From Thermoanaerobaculia bacterium (GTDB lineage: Bacteria; Acidobacteriota; Thermoanaerobaculia; Multivoradales; JAGPDF01): a stretch of 64,000 nt of DNA. Location of the stretch: contig CAWDWZ010000005.1 of the NCBI GenBank assembly GCA_963806165.1, positions 12,394 to 76,393 of the forward strand, in the 5' to 3' direction. Below are positions 61,756 through 64,000 of this stretch, piece after piece (the first letter of the stretch is position 1; the number at the start of each line of letters is the position of its first letter). Position numbers and translations under genes: made by a program. The notes under the pieces are model-generated. The model made no database searches and had not been told where the DNA came from. It worked only from the letters and a program-made list of their open reading frames with translations.

Positions 61756-62832
61756 ATGGGACAGTTTCCCTCCCGTACAGCCGCGAGCTTCGGATTCCAG
61801 GAAGTGCTCTACAGCAAGGCCGACTTCGTCGCCACCATCACGATTTCGCGGCCCCAGAACTACAACGCCTACAGCACGCGCGCCCTGGAGGAGCTCGCCA
61901 CCGCTTTCCGCGACGCGAGCTTCGACGACGCCGTCGGCGTCATCGTCCTCACCGGTGCCGGCCACCATGCCTTCTGCACCGGCGGCGACGTCAAGGAGTA
62001 CGCCGAGGACTACGTCACCCAGCCGCGCGACTACTGGAAGTACATGGCGCTCTTCCGGGCTTACATCGAGAGCATCCTGAACACCGGCAAACCGGTCGTC
62101 GCGCGTCTGAACGGCATGGCGGTGGGGGGAGGCAACGAATCCCAGCTCGCCTGCGACCTCACGGTCATGGCGCAGCACGCCTTCATCAAGCAGGTGGGCA
62201 CCCATGTCGGCTCGGTCGCCTGCGGCGGCTCGACGCAATGGCTCCCGATCACGGTCGGCGACAAGCGGGCGCGCGAGATCCTTTTCCTGAACGAGCCCAT
62301 CCCGGCGGCGAAGGCGCTCGACTGGGGGCTGGTCAACTGGGTGGTGCCCTCGGTCCGCCGGGGCGACGAATGGCTGGAGAACGCCTCCGCCGAAGAGATC
62401 CGCCACGCCCAGCGCGGCGAAGCGGACTACCGGATCGACCTCACGCGGCTCGACGAGGAAGTGGCGAAGCTCGCCAAGAAGCTCCTCGCGAGCTTCCCCG
62501 AGTGCGCCCGCTACACCAAGCAGCAAGTCAACTTCTGGAAGGACCTCGCCTGGCACCAGACGGTGCGTCACGCCCAGGACTGGCTCGCCCTGCACTACAC
62601 TTCGTGGGAGCCGGTCGAGGGCATGCGCGCCTTCGTCGAGAAGCGGCCGTCGCGCTACGGCCTGTTGCGCGAGCGCGCGGCCGCGGGGCGTTCCTCCGAG
62701 ACGCAGTGGGGACCGCCGATCCGCCGCTGCGGCGCCTGCGGCGCCGACAATCTTCCCGCCGAGCACACCTTCTGCGGCGCCTGCGGCTGCGACCTCAAGC
62801 CCCTCCAGCCTCTTCCGGTACCCACGCCATGA
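61756..62832 (+). CDS. oah: 6-oxocyclohex-1-ene-1-carbonyl-CoA hydrolase-like crotonase with a C-terminal Zn ribbon, 358 aa
   Basis: 'NYNAYST','[22 protein letters not shown]','[17 protein letters not shown]','HVGS.ACGGST'; lies next to a bcrC-like gene. Confidence 0.75.
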   Translation: MGQFPSRTAASFGFQEVLYSKADFVATITISRPQNYNAYSTRALEELATAFRDASFDDAVGVIVLTGAGHHAFCTGGDVKEYAEDYVTQPRDYWKYMALFRAYIESILNTGKPVVARLNGMAVGGGNESQLACDLTVMAQHAFIKQVGTHVGSVACGGSTQWLPITVGDKRAREILFLNEPIPAAKALDWGLVNWVVPSVRRGDEWLENASAEEIRHAQRGEADYRIDLTRLDEEVAKLAKKLLASFPECARYTKQQVNFWKDLAWHQTVRHAQDWLALHYTSWEPVEGMRAFVEKRPSRYGLLRERAAAGRSSETQWGPPIRRCGACGADNLPAEHTFCGACGCDLKPLQPLPVPTP

Positions 62833-64000
62833 GCACCACCGCGACCCGGCCGGACGTCTTCCCGGAGTGGCAGGGCAAGGCGCTCGAAGAGGCGCTCTAC
62901 GAGTGCCGCGAGCTCGTCGAGGACACCACTTTTCCGTCCGTCCGGCGCTGGCGGGAGGCCGGCGGCAAAGTCGTCGGCCACTTCCAGGTCTACTTTCCGG
63001 AGGAGATCGTCCATGCCGCCGGCGCCTTGCCGTTCAAGGTGCGCGGCGCCCCGATCGAGCCGACCCAGTCGGATTCGCGCTTCGGCTCCTATCTGTGCTC
63101 GATCCTCAAGACCTCGCTCGATCTCGCGCTCTCCGGCCGCATCGAGCTCGATCTCTTCGTCAGCCACCCGATCTGCGATGCCGCCCGCAATCTCGCGGCG
63201 ATCTGGGGCCGCAACCTCCCCTATCCAGCCGAGATCCTCTATCTGCCCCAAAACGCCAACTCGGCTCATGCCGCTCCATATCTGCGCGGCGAGTACGACC
63301 GGCTGCGCCGCAGCGTCGAGGTGGCGGCGGGCCGCGCGGTCACCGATGCGGCTCTGGCACAATCGATCGCCGTCTTCAACGAGAATCGCGCCCTGCTGCG
63401 CGAGCTCTATCGGCTGAAGCGCGAGACTCCCTGGCAGGTCTCCGCCGACGAGGCCTACGTTCTGGTCTCGCTCGCCGGACTCCTGCCGCGCGACGAGCAC
63501 AACCGACTGCTGCGCTGGATCCTGCCGCAGCTCGTGGAACGTCCCGCGAAGCGCCTCGACAAGACTCGAGTCGTCCTCGAGGGCGGCTTCTGCGAGCAGC
63601 CGCCGCTCGACCTCGTGCGCTCGATCGGCCGCTCCTGCTACGTCGTCGACGACGACCTGCTGATCGGCCTGCGCTGGCTGACGAGCGACGTCGCGGTGAC
63701 CGGCGACCCCCTCGGCAATCTCGCTTCGGCCTACCTCGAGCAGTCGAGCTACAGCCCGGTCCAACACGATCTGCGAAAACCGAAGGAGCGGATGCTCCTC
63801 GAGCGCATCGCCAACGCCCGCGCCGACGCCGCGATCGTCATGGCGGCCAAGATGTGCGAGCCCGGACTCGAGGAGCAGGTGGCCTACACCAAAGCCCTCG
63901 ACCGCGCCGGCATTCCGTACTTCGTGAGCGAGTTCGAGGAGAGCATGACGAGCTTCGATCACCTCGAGATCCAATTGCAGACCTTCGTCGAGAACCTTCT
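62829..64000 (+). CDS. bcrC: Benzoyl-CoA reductase subunit C-like (2-hydroxyacyl-CoA dehydratase family), runs off the window end
   Basis: Not in the ORF track because there is no stop in the window. ATGA overlap. My translation gives '[69 protein letters not shown]'. Confidence 0.82.
   Translation, partial: MSTTATRPDVFPEWQGKALEEALYECRELVEDTTFPSVRRWREAGGKVVGHFQVYFPEEIVHAAGALPFKVRGAPIEPTQSDSRFGSYLCSILKTSLDLALSGRIELDLFVSHPICDAARNLAAIWGRNLPYPAEILYLPQNANSAHAAPYLRGEYDRLRRSVEVAAGRAVTDAALAQSIAVFNENRALLRELYRLKRETPWQVSADEAYVLVSLAGLLPRDEHNRLLRWILPQLVERPAKRLDKTRVVLEGGFCEQPPLDLVRSIGRSCYVVDDDLLIGLRWLTSDVAVTGDPLGNLASAYLEQSSYSPVQHDLRKPKERMLLERIANARADAAIVMAAKMCEPGLEEQVAYTKALDRAGIPYFVSEFEESMTSFDHLEIQLQTFVENL

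Noticed and set aside
1-64000. tRNA, rRNA, riboswitches or an integrase
   Set aside because: None recognised by eye; a covariance-model scan would be needed to exclude small RNAs.

Overview
High-GC bacterial DNA. The C-terminal 'LFADGFE(S/T)G..W' tags and the ECF/anti-sigma/HEAT/HEAT cluster suggest Acidobacteriota, possibly Thermoanaerobaculia (inference). About 39 kb (40156 to 1190, minus strand) looks like one operon. In order it encodes a 4843-aa DUF11/beta-propeller surface protein, a 591-aa secreted unknown, a ~2849-aa secreted protein split by two 1-nt frameshifts, and a 1288-aa Calx-beta/propeller protein. Five GT4s, one GT2 and an O-antigen-ligase-like/TPR gene follow. The C-terminal ~830 aa of the ~2849-aa protein follows the motif order of the Tc-toxin A subunit channel and TcB-binding region, yet no TcB/TcC/RHS gene is present in the window. 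This is the main candidate for an undescribed secreted, glycosylated, surface-anchored pore-forming or injection system. A perfect CRP-type palindrome sits at its putative promoter. The right-hand 24 kb holds an ECF sigma module, a RuBisCO-like protein plus cupin (MTA-isoprenoid shunt type), a frameshifted DUF885, and a VIT1/ferritin-like exporter. It also holds an AbrB-PIN TA pair, a lower-GC islet with a SIR2-like gene, FmdB, a DASS transporter, a non-canonical radical SAM with a PAP2_3 gene, and a chorismatase. The window ends with a RAYT element, OsmC, and the start of an anaerobic benzoyl-CoA cluster (PaaX-like, MaoC, oah, bcrC). All homology calls come from reading motifs by eye; no searches were run.
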